A DNA stretch of 64,000 nt from the human T2T-CHM13v2.0 reference genome, Homo sapiens: assembly GCF_009914755.1 (NCBI RefSeq), contig NC_060930.1; one strand, 5' to 3'. The position numbers and the translations under genes were made by a program. Below the pieces are notes generated by a model that saw nothing but the letters and a program-made list of their open reading frames with translations, had not been told where the DNA came from and did no database searches. Shown here piece by piece: positions 52,674 to 64,000 of the stretch; within the stretch, counting starts at the first letter, position 1; each line of letters opens with the position of its first letter.

Positions 52674-54365
52674 ACTTTGTACTATTTTCCTTCCACTATC
52701 CTCATAGGAAAGCTTTCCTCCCTCCAGACTCCCCCACACTCCTAATATTACATGAGAGGATGCATGCAGAGGCATGGGCTGAGTGCATGACAGACAGCAG
52801 GCCGGGTCACACCCCCTCTGCTCCCTCTTCCTGCTTTCAGAATCTGCCCACCTCTGGTGACTCCTCCATATTCCTGGACACCTTAGGGACCTCATAGTCT
52901 TCTCCACCGCAACTCCCCAAATTCACCTGGGTACCGTCAATGTCAAGAAGGACAATCCATCAAATACAAATACCCCAGTTCCCCTGCTTGCTACACTCAA
53001 CAGACTTTCACCCCCACCCTCAGGCGCACACCCCGATTTTCATCATCACCCAGAAAGACTTCACTAGAAATCCTTCACTCACATATCCCAGCCCTCCAGC
53101 TCTCTCACTTCCTCTGCACCTGCCCTCCACGACCCACCATCGCAAGAAGTTTTCCTCTTCACTCTTACCACCACCAACTACTTGTCAGCATCTTTCAATA
53201 TCTGAGCTTCTTAACTTCCCAACAACCTTCTCTGAAAATTTCTGTTTCACTTTTGTTTCTGAAAGGAGCTGCTGAAAGAAAAAAAGCACATATTTGTGCA
53301 TATTCATCCGTCTAAAAATGTATACTTGACAGTAGGTTGATTATACTCAGCAGCTCATTCAATTGACCTTGTCAGTGCTTTCTCAATTTCCCTTAAATAC
53401 TTCTCTAACCCTGCACTCATCCGCAAAACCCTTGCTTCCTCCTCCATCCCTACTTCCTTCAGTGAGGACCTTCCGTATGCCTTCACAAAATGAAAATCTT
53501 TTCACAACTTAAACCCTGCGATGTCCTCCCTTGACTATAGTAATGGCTCTCAAACTTTAGTTGGCATAAGAATCACTCGGGAAGTACCCTCACACCCTGA
53601 TATTCAAATTCAGCAGGACGGGGCAGGATCCCAGAAACACCCATGGCAGAAGATTCTGATGACAATCCATGCACCATATTTCAGGAGATACGATTATCAT
53701 GCCAAATCCAGCCCACTGCCTGTTTCTGTGTGGCCTACATGCTACAAATGCATTTTACATTTTAAAGGGTTAAAAAAAATCTAAGGAAGAACATTTCAAG
53801 ACATGTGAAAATTCCATGAAATTTAGATGTCAGGATCCATAAATAAAGTTGTATGGGAACTCAAGCCTTGACTACAAAGAGACTTCAAATTAGTTTGGAA
53901 TTAAGCTTACAAACCCAGCAAGATAACTAACAATATAAGGTAACATTTACCAAGCATCAAATGTAAACAGTAAATTCTACATGAGTCCAGCATGTCCTGT
54001 GGGCATCCCTTCTCTGTTCCACGACGGCACCATCTACAAACCTGTGCAGTGCCTACGCAGGTCTGTGAGCATACACAGCCTATATACTTACATGGGCCTT
54101 TTGTTTCCTCTAGAGTATATAAGCCCTTGCAGGATGGGGACCTTGATTTTTTTCATCTTTGTATTTCTACCATATGGCCAGGTACCTGGCACTAATAGCA
54201 TTAAATAAATATTTAATTGATTTAACAATGACTGGAATGTGAGCTGAGCTTTTAATGAAGGACAAGACTTAGATAAGAAGAGAACTGAAGGTTGGGCTTT
54301 GCAAGCATGGCCAAGGGAAGCAACCAGGACTGACAGATCCAGGTAGGTAAAGAAACTTTGTAGTC

Positions 54366-54668
<303 letters not shown>

Positions 54669-56481
54669 TCATGGGCCCAGGTGAAATAATCAAACTCACT
54701 CCTGGTATCACCATTAGTCTGGAATGCCACGTCTTTAAAGCTGGTCTTCATTTATCCAGACTTGTAAATGGTGACACAAGCTTACATTAATAATCCTAAA
54801 CCTTCGCTGTTTTAATCTCAAAATTATTTCCTGGATTCTTATCTCCTGGTCTATTTTCCCCTTGCCCCTTTTTCTGCTGATGCCAAATTAGGGGAAAAAA
54901 AAAATACCTCAGAGAGTCCTAGTGTAACACTGAATTCATACTTCATGCACACACACACAGTTTGGGGGCACCATCAGGTGAAATACCCCAAAAATGCTTT
55001 GCTGGTGGGCAGAATTTCCAACCACCAAATTGGAAGTTCCTTAAAGCCTGGAAACACTTTCCATTTCAGCTTTCACAGCTCCTAGGACATAATGACGTAA
55101 CTGTGCACTACACAAATTACTAACATCAACATTATCATATCTGTTTTGGCAACTGAGTCAGTCTTGCAAACCTTTAGTTTAAAGGCACATTAAGTTACAC
55201 TCCACAACCAAAACAAAGTGAGGAGGACAGGAGCAGATGATTCCTTGATTCCCCCAAAACAGGAAAGAAAAGTGCTTGCCCACTTTATCCTAAGTGAAGG
55301 TTTTTATTGGCATAATCCTACCACCTACCATAACTCCATATTTGCTCACTGGACAAGGGCCCATTATTTAGAAATAAAGTTTTCAACAACCTTATCTTTG
55401 AAGCATCTATAGAGGCCCCTAAGTCATCATCCCATTTCCTGTATTCTGCATCTGAATTATTATGCGCTATTTGTCTCTAATTAAGGGAGATAATTTTATA
55501 TTTCACATCTTTAGGAGGATGTCAGACTAATCAAAATCCCTAAAACAAAAACCATAGACTTTTCCTGAGTATAGTCCTAACCACACACAGGCTTTCCTAT
55601 TTAAGGATGCCACGAAGTTAACAGAACAGATAAATGGAAGAATCAGATGAAAAAGAATGAATAAAGAGTTCTTCACATACGAAGCAGAATGCTTACCAGG
55701 TATTTCCATTTTTGCTGATAATAAACTACTTGACACAGGATCCAGAGGCTAAAGACATTCACAGGAGTGCAATTAATCAGGAATTAGGATGTTAAGACAT
55801 TAGGAAATGATTCAGTGTCCTTAAGAGGCATACAAAAAACTATTTGAGTAACTTGAGATATATATTTTATAATTTTGAGCATATCCCAGGCCAATCAAAA
55901 GTCACTCTCTAATGGGACAGGAGCAAACACGTATCAAGGCCTGCACTCTTATCCTCAGGTTACTCCCTAGATCTGCCTCCACCTTTATCCTCCCTATCCT
56001 GTGCCACAGGAGGAGCCCCTGCAGGCTGAGGCCTTGGGGGCCACTGTGAAGAGATGGAAGGGCTACAAGGTAGGAAGAAGGGCTGAGGTTCTCTCTCTGA
56101 TTCTTCATGACCTCCAGGCAGGTCCAGCTCTCACAAATGGCAATGAAGTAACTCCACTTTCCCCTCCAGCTGCCCCCTACTTCTGATCTCAGCATCTCAA
56201 CATCCTTTGTTGATTCCCTTAAACTTGCCCATACCCCTCTAAGTAATTCATTAAAGTCTGTTCATTTCAGCCAATGGGGTTGGTTCCCGTTTCCTGCAAG
56301 GACCCTGATACAAGAACCTTCCTAATGTCGGGCATTTCACATCATATAAAATTTCTCAACCTCAAAAGGTAGGTCTTATTGTCATCTCCCATTTTACATG
56401 AGGATGCTGAGTCTCCAAGAGGGTAGAGTACCAGCTGGCAGTCACAAAGGGAAGTTTGCTGGCAGAACTGGAATTGCACCC

Positions 56482-56496
56482 AGGTCAGTCTGACAT
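56482..56496. promoter_or_regulatory. Near-perfect ERE AGGTCAgtcTGACAT within a MIR remnant
   Basis: One mismatch to AGGTCAnnnTGACCT. Confidence 0.5.
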
Positions 56497-56695
56497 CTAA
56501 GCCTTTAAAAAGCCTTAAAAATGTGAAAGGGAAAAAACACACAAAGCTTCCAAACTCGCAAGCCACAACGTAGCCTCAAACGACCTTATTTATGGTTTGG
56601 GGATTTTCCTTGGGCCTAAAATAAGCTACCTGGGGCACTGCCTTTTAAGTGCTTCTTCCACCAAGGGTCATCCACACTCACTCCTGCTGGAGGGT

Positions 56696-56708
56696 GGTCA
56701 GACTGACC
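56696..56708. promoter_or_regulatory. Perfect palindromic estrogen response element GGTCAgacTGACC
   Basis: Exact match to GGTCAnnnTGACC, about 1.6 kb downstream of the exon 1 donor. Function is inferred. Confidence 0.7.
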
Positions 56709-58165
56709 TAAGAGCTAAGAGATCTCAGGTGCTCCTGGCCATGGCAAACATTTCTCCTTCGGTTTATCCCAGAAGTCTCTCCCTCCCTCCCTCCCTCCCT
56801 CCCTCCCAGTTTTAAACATTCCTAAGGCTCTTTTGTTCCTTTTTATGAATTAAAACCAGAATTACCTTTATAGGAAAGTAGGGGATGCAATTGAAAGACA
56901 TTAAAAACATTATTCTAGCACCTCCCAGCCATAACTTGCCATGGTCCTTTAGCCATACAAAAAGCCTTCCTGGAGTCTTTCTAGCTGTGTAGAAGAGCTT
57001 AGAAGAGAAAATGCAATTAAAATACCTTCTGATAGGGAGTGGAGAGGTAAGTACAAAACAAACTCCCCTTAAGGAAATTCAGCTATGAGTTTTATTTAAT
57101 TTCAGAACTAAAGAATTTGCTATTATGTCCGCCTCTGCCTGGGTCCCTGGGTCTATCTCATCCTCACCAGAAACTAAAGAGTAATTTACAAAAGCACAAA
57201 TGCTTTGGCACCGAAACCCTTCCCAAGTTTCTGACTTTCTGTATTCTGCAACTGATGAGAACGCAATGGTCACATCAGGTGGAGTTCTCAGTCAGGTCCT
57301 CAGAGTGAGCCAGGTATGAGGGTGGCTCAGTAAACAGGACCCGAATAAGGCAAATGTCCAGGTCTCACTTTCTCATTGCTGAAGGGGTGTGCGCAAAGGG
57401 CAGCAGGTGTGCTCTTGTTAAAAGGAAAGGAAAAGGAGCACTGGTGAGAGGAAGGGGAAGAAAACCAGGCAAAAAAGCATGAAACAAAACAGGAGCGCAG
57501 TGGGTCCTCCCCCAGCATGCCCTGCCCAATTCTATTTAAATCAACATTTACTGATTGGGTCACTACTAAGTATCCCGCAGATCTAGCCTGCAGCACCTGA
57601 AGAGACAAGGAAATGAGTAAGACGGGCTTCATCTTCAGGAAGGTTTCTTGCCAGGAATCACTGTTGTTGCCATTTTTAATTTTAATGGTTGTAGATAATT
57701 CCTGGACAGTTCAAATAACTTCACTGGGGCCCCTCTCCTCCCCCTAACCTGTCCTACTCAGAAGCTCCAGCCCCAGGCATATGAGCCAACCGAACCCTGG
57801 GAAAACCAAAGTGTCCTTGTGTGTCCCGCATCACACACGGTACAAAATAACTGTCACCCCTGAACAAGCCTCGCCTCAGAAGTCTAAAACCCAGGTCCTG
57901 CATTCAAAATCTATAGACTACCGTCTACAGATTCATCGCGCTTGTTTTTTAAGTAGGGTCATCTAAATTAAAAACAATAACGACTTGAGGACACTGATGA
58001 AAGAAACACTGGTTTCATGTATCAGACTACTTCAGAACTTGATTACAGGAAACGAGGCAATCCCAAACTTAAAGAAAAAAAAGTTCAGTAGAACTTGCCG
58101 CGCAGGCTGTACCAATATTTTTTCACACTTACAAGGAGAAAAACACTAACACCAACTCAAGAAGG

Positions 58166-58170
<5 letters not shown>

Positions 58171-58204
<34 letters not shown>
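58171..58204. repeat. (CA)17 microsatellite; (UG)17 in the MBOAT1 pre-mRNA
   Basis: Direct inspection. Confidence 0.98.
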
Positions 58205-58208
<4 letters not shown>

Positions 58209-58335
58209 CCAACTGTCTAGTGTGTGGCTGTAAAATACGCCATGGAGGCGGAGGGACGGTGGCTAACACTTTCGCCCGCCCCGTGCACGCGATCGCTGGG
58301 GAGCTGGGGTCGCTGCGCTCCCGGCCTGCAGTTAC

Positions 58336-58434
58336 CTGGTCCAGCGGGATGCCCAGGAGCTCGCTGAGCGGGTGCAGGTAGGTGGAGCCCGTGGTGCGGT
58401 AGGAAAGGCTGGACGGCTGCGGCTCTGCTGCCAT
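58336..58434 (-). CDS. MBOAT1: MBOAT1 coding exon 1 (membrane-bound O-acyltransferase domain-containing 1 / LPEAT1), 33 codons
   Basis: Translates to MAAEPQPSSLSYRTTGSTYLHPLSELLGIPLDQ, which I recognise as the human MBOAT1 N-terminus. Strong Kozak context (AGGATGG). Ends at a phase-0 donor CAG|GTAACT. Lies in a CpG island. Confidence 0.96.
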
Positions 58435-58586
58435 CCTGCATCTTCGGGAGGTGGCTGCCCCTGTCCCAGCCCGCAACACCCCCTGCTCGGCGTCCTCCCG
58501 CCCGGGTGCTCTTGGGTGGTTGCCCCGAGAGGCGCACGGCCGCCTGGTTCGCGGGGGAGCGAACGGGAGGCCGGGGAATGCGAACC

Positions 58587-58626
58587 GGCGCAAACTCTCG
58601 AGGCGCAAACTCTCGAGGCGCAAACT
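58587..58626. repeat. 15-bp tandem repeat GGCGCAAACTCTCGA x2.7
   Basis: Perfect units at 58587 and 58602, partial unit at 58617. Confidence 0.97.
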
Positions 58627-60207
58627 TGGCTTTGGCGCTGGCGCTGCAGCCACGGGCGCCGTAGGAGGGCCGGGCCCAAGGCGCCCCGCTTCCCGCTCCC
58701 TTCCTCTCCGCGCCCATTGGCCCGGCCGCTCGGGACGGCCCCGAGAGGAGGGAAGGAGGGAGGAAAAGTGGGGACTCCGAGCCCGGCCCCCAAGCGCCGC
58801 CCGGCCCGCCCAGCCTGGCCTGCACCGAGGCCGACCGGGAGAGGGAAAGCGACGCCAGCGGGCGCCGCCGCCTGGCCCTGCAGCTGGAGGCGGGACGCGC
58901 CTTTCCTCCTCCCGGGCTGACCGTCCTAGCCCCCCGCCAGACAAAACGACCTCACCCAGCGGGCGCCTTCCACTAGAGAGCACCACCCACCCCGCCCCAC
59001 CCTGTTTTGGTTTCGCCGCCGCAGTCGAAGCGGCTGAGTGGCTGCGTTTCCCTTTCAAGCCGTAGAGGGTTCCTCTGCCGGTGGCTGGAAGCTGGAGCGC
59101 CGCAGCCACCAGACTCCCTACTTCCTTTACCCTCCTCTGCGCTAGGCATAGTTTCCTACACCCTGATCTGACATGTTCGGTGTCACACAAGCAAATACAG
59201 GGGACTGCTAGCTTCGGGTCACTTCCGTCTCTGTGGAGTGAGAGTTATTTCACCTCTGTAAGAAACGGTGTTTACTGTCATACTATGTGCATTCTGATAA
59301 GTCATTTGCATGCCACGGGTCCTCAAAAAGGGTGCCTTGCTCCTTAACTTGTCTGCCCCCGAACACCCACACATCAATGTTACTTGGAAAACTTTTCCAA
59401 GTTATTGCTAGGTTCTGAGAAACATAAAAATCTTGAAGATCCTTTTCAGGAATCGCTAGCTGATGAAAAAGGGTTTCAGGAAGGTAATATTCTGGGCTGC
59501 TGGGTAGAAAACCAAAGAAAGTGAGCTCACGTGGCCCCCAGCCTCCGCTGGGTAAACCGGCATTCGATCAGACAGGCAATGACTTTCGGGGCCGACTTTA
59601 TCAATGTGGCCTCCAGCTTCAAATTAAACCGAAGGCCTGTCAGGCACTGGCAACAACTTACTCTCCAAGACTCAGGCCTCACTCTTGCCTTCTTCAGGAG
59701 TTTTATCACCATCAAACTGCACTGAGCATTAAATTGCCAGGCCAGAGTTTCTCAACCTATGTCCCCTGTGGAGGAGGAAAAAAAAAAGTCTGTACCACCA
59801 CTCCCACAAGCTAACCGAATGGAGATGTCACCACCAGATGATAATCTCTACCACTCACAAGCAAACCCACACTACAGACAGACAGACACATGCACACACG
59901 CACACAGGCATATACTTGAGGATCACTAGGCTAGATAGGTTCATTTAATATCATAGAGTCCTGGAAAATGACCAGCATTGGAGCAACATTCATCTTATCT
60001 GGAGCTAGATGACAGCTGAAGTGAGGTATATGAGAGCAGACGGAGCTTTGTTTAAAAGGAAAAAAAAATCAACACTCAGATATGAGTTGCTGGAAAACAG
60101 AAGTAGGTCAGTTTGGGAAGTATTTCTGGAGCAAGTGCCTCAAACCCTTTATAATTTTCACAAAGCTATGCCTTTTAGACTTCAAAGAATAGTCCTCACA
60201 TAGGCCA

Positions 60208-60450
60208 TATATATATATGTGTGTGTGTGTGCGTGTGTATATATATTTATTATAAATATATTAATTTATATAATCATATATAAATATATTTATATATGTA
60301 AAGTTTTATATGTACATATATTAGCCTTACACAGGTTTATATATACATATATTACACAGTTTTTATATATATATATAACACAGGTTTGATATATACATAT
60401 GTATATATGTATATGTAAAATATATACATGTATTAGCCTTACACAGGTTT
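60208..60450. repeat. TA/TG-rich low-complexity array
   Basis: Direct inspection. Confidence 0.95.
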
Positions 60451-60506
60451 TTTTCTCCCTAACAAAACACAGTTCATAACCTAGTCTAAATTTTTCTTTT
60501 AAAAAT

Positions 60507-60808
60507 GGCCGGGTGCGGTGGCTTATGCCTGTAATCCCAGCATTTTGGGAGGCCGAGGCGGGCAGATCACCTGAGGTCAGGAGTTCGAGACCAGCCTGGC
60601 CAACATGGTGAAACCCCATCTCTACCAAAAAACAAAAATTAGCCAGGTGTGGTGGCAGGCACCTGTAATCCCAGCTACTTGGGAAGCTGAGGCAGGAGAA
60701 TCGCCTGAACCCAGGGGACGGAGGTTTCAGTGAGCAGAGATCACGCCACTGGACTCCAGTCTGGCTAACAGAGCAAGACTCCATCAAAAAAAAAAATAAA
60801 AATAAAAA
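60507..60808 (+). mobile_element. Alu (AluS-type)
   Basis: Dimeric Alu. Confidence 0.93.
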
Positions 60809-63189
60809 TGTAGTAACTATGGTTAGAGCTTATAAACAAAATGTCACAGAACTTAATAGTTCTTTTCTCTTGATACTGTAGTACAATTAATGCAAAAAAA
60901 AATACTACTGTTGGATAACTCAGAACCAAGAGAGTAGCTCTGTTACACTACAGATGAATGAAACACACTTTGAAGAAGTTGTTTATATGAGTCCAAGATG
61001 TATAACAGCGGCACCATGGACACATTGCTCTTTTCCTTCATCAGTATCTTTATTTCCATCCTCTGTCAACTGTAGGTTCACAATAATTATTATCATATGT
61101 TAGAAATCACTTTACAAAAGCTGTTTCATTTACCAGTGCTAATAATCCTGTGGTAGTTATAAGAATCTATTTTATAGATGTGAAACCTGGGGTTAAGGGA
61201 GCTTAAGTGACTTGGTTGTATTTAGGGAGGTTAAGTAAAATGTGTCTGTCTGATTCCAGAGCCTGGGCTCTTTATTCATTATGCATTGCCTCCTCTAAAA
61301 CATAGTATTTTTCTCTTTATCAAGAGGCCAGCCCACACACCTGATACAACCTTGTCATTTTTGTAGACGAGACATTACATTTACCATTCAAAATGAGGTG
61401 GTAGGGGTGATGCCACAGACACGCTGTCTCTCCTGTTTTCTATTTGCAGTAGAGTGAGGCTTGATATCAAGGTCAGTTTTATGAATCTTCCCTATGGAAC
61501 CATGCTCAGAATGTGACATTATCCAGGAGATCCACTGCACATCCTGAAGACAGGTCAAAAAATTAAAGCCAGGCACAAAAAAACCTGAAAAAGATTCTAG
61601 CATATTGGGAAGGGCTGCATGTTACCATGGACTAATAAAAACTCTACAAACTGCTGTAGAGTCACTAGGCTTTGGCAGAGTGCCTAAGGAGTTCCTAAAG
61701 AAGTGAAGTATTCTGATTTTAAGTAGATAAACTCCATGCCATTCTATCATGGATATTCAGAGGCACTTTCCATTCTTCCTACTTCACATACCAAATCAAA
61801 TCAAACAACATAACTGATAATCAAAGAACAAAACTGAATTAAATACATCCTCAAAGTTTACAAAGGTATAATCCCTCAAGGAGATAAAACTCTAATGATA
61901 CCTTCAGTCTATATTCAACCAAAAACAATCACCAATAAAACTAAATTTAAGCCATCTGAAATGATATAACCCATGTAAAAAAAGAATTACCATTTTAATA
62001 ATACTACATATTAATGTAATGATACTATATATTCACAGAGCACACTCACTTATCCCCTTTGATCCTCCCAACAACTCTATGAAGTTGGAAGGGCAGGTGT
62101 TATTATCATTTGTATTATCATGTCATCTCAATTTTTATTCAAATGAATACTGTTTCTAATAAATTGCAGCTAGCTTATCCATCTAGTAAACAGCAAGTGT
62201 AGGGTTCAAACTTGGGTATTCTACTGTTCTTTTTAACTATACAGAAATCTTTTTATTATACTTTTTATTATACTAGGAGTATAATACTATTTTCCTTCAG
62301 GAAAATAGCAGAAATTGTTGCCTGCATAGGACATTAAATTCCAGGCTTAACATTTGAGAGCTGATCTGAAGAATGGTCAAAATTGACCCATGATAGGTAT
62401 CACCATTGTTTTCTGAGCAGTTTCTTTAAGCATCATCCACAAAGCTTCAGGTAATTTATGTTTTTCAATCAATGATGTATTCCTTCATGTTTTAGCTCAA
62501 CTGATGTGTGTTTGCTTGGAACATATATTGCAACCTGCCTACCCAACATATTTTCCAAGCTTGGGATCACAGTTAAACATTGTACATGTTCAGAAAATGA
62601 AGAAACTAATATAACTGAACATCTGCCAGATTTAGCTATGACTGCTATGTTATAGCATTTTTTGCTTAAGAATACTGTATTAGACCAGGAATTAACAGGT
62701 GCAGTGGCTCATGCCTGCAATTCTGACACTTTGGGAGGCCAAAGTAGGAAGATGTCCTGAGGCCAGGAGGCCAAGAACTCAGCCTTTAGAGCAAAACAAC
62801 CGGGTATGAAAAACCAGTACTGCCTTTTACTAGTTTGGGGACTTTGAGCAAATCAATGAACTTCATGAAGGCCCAGCTTCCTCCTCTGTAAAATAGGAAT
62901 AAGAATAATGATCCCTTGCAGCAGGTCTAAGAACTGGAGGAGAGATTTTGTTCAAAAAACATAAAAGAACTGAAGCTTACCCTTTCTGCACTAATGTTTC
63001 ATTTTTGCCTTAGTTTTAGGCAAGGGAGATCTTTCTAAAATGCATTGCACGTGACCCTGAATACTAAAACAGAGTTAGTGATCTTAGCTTAATCATTACT
63101 GATGACTCAGGCATTATTGTGAACAAGAACCCATCCTGCAATACAGCAATGTCTTGAAGTCCACTGACACATCAAGAGTTTGTCCTTGC

Positions 63190-63505
<316 letters not shown>

Positions 63506-64000
63506 CTAAACTATGCCCAGAGAGGTACACTTTCTCAACTACTGTGTCTACTTTCTAGTTTTTCCATTTCCCCTTCTGCTCTTGTATTTCACTTGTCCCT
63601 GCCTTGCCTGCTACTTTGGTTCCCCTGTGAACTGGGGAGCTCTACGAATTGCCGTAGAGTCACTCGGCTTTGGCAGAGTGCCTAAGGAGCTCCTAAAAAA
63701 GTAAAGTATTTTTATTTTAAGCAGATAAACTCCAAGCCATTCTATCCTCCACGCCATTGTTTCAGAGGCACTTTCCATACCTCCTACTTCTTTGACTGTG
63801 TTCCAAATAGTTACTATTGCCAAAGTGTCCTATGAATAGCAAAGTGTGATTGAAGATAATGTTTGAGTACATAAAGACAGACAAAAACCTGTGCTACCCA
63901 GATTCCATGGTTGGCTGCAGTAAGAAAAAAGAGCAAGCTGGGGCTTTGCCTAATGCCCTGGAGCCGCTGGGTATTGGGAGGTGCTTGGCCCCACCCTCCC

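Larger units (their letters stand above)
58230..59110. promoter_or_regulatory. CpG island / MBOAT1 promoter and 5' UTR
   Basis: Very GC- and CpG-rich against a CpG-depleted background. CCAAT box on minus strand (58716-58720), GC box CCCGCCCCAC (58991-59000), E2F-consensus TTTGGCGC (58631-58638). Confidence 0.92.

Noticed and set aside
58217-59065. Other 150-204 aa ORFs on both strands of the CpG island
   Set aside because: GC-composition artefacts (Arg/Pro/Gly/Ala-rich) with no recognisable domain.
58129-59190. 353-aa ORF in frame with MBOAT1 exon 1 (apparent N-terminal extension and intron read-through)
   Set aside because: Stop-poor CpG-island sequence gives long ORFs in several frames here. 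The start lies beyond the island, and the C-terminus runs through a GT donor into a (TG)n repeat.
59200-59820. Possible divergent lncRNA exon or small ORFs upstream of the CpG island
   Set aside because: Bidirectional transcription is plausible, but exon boundaries cannot be supported from sequence alone.

Overview
Human (primate) genomic DNA, dense in repeats (Alu, L1, L2/MIR, ERV/MaLR LTRs, DNA transposons). The only coding sequence I can support is coding exon 1 of MBOAT1 (lysophospholipid acyltransferase 1) on the minus strand: ATG at 58434, 33 codons, GT donor at 58335, inside a CpG island of about 0.9 kb. Positions 1-58335 are therefore intron 1 (no exon 2 sequence seen), and about 59.1-64 kb is upstream flank. 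Other ORFs in the track are Alu, L1, low-complexity or GC-rich artefacts. The most notable non-routine signals are: (i) four short (about 145-215 bp) dispersed direct duplications that look like locally templated insertions, including a near-reciprocal pair 1.83-1.86 kb apart and one copied 16.5 kb into an L1 3' UTR G-tract; (ii) a tailless, internally inverted L1 ORF2 insert with junction microhomology; (iii) a perfect plus a near-perfect estrogen response element about 1.6-1.9 kb into intron 1; (iv) an out-of-frame upstream AUG 7 nt before the MBOAT1 start, and a 15-bp tandem repeat near the 5' end of the gene. I found no evidence of a novel protein-coding system. Repeat subfamily names come from remembered consensus sequences and need RepeatMasker confirmation.
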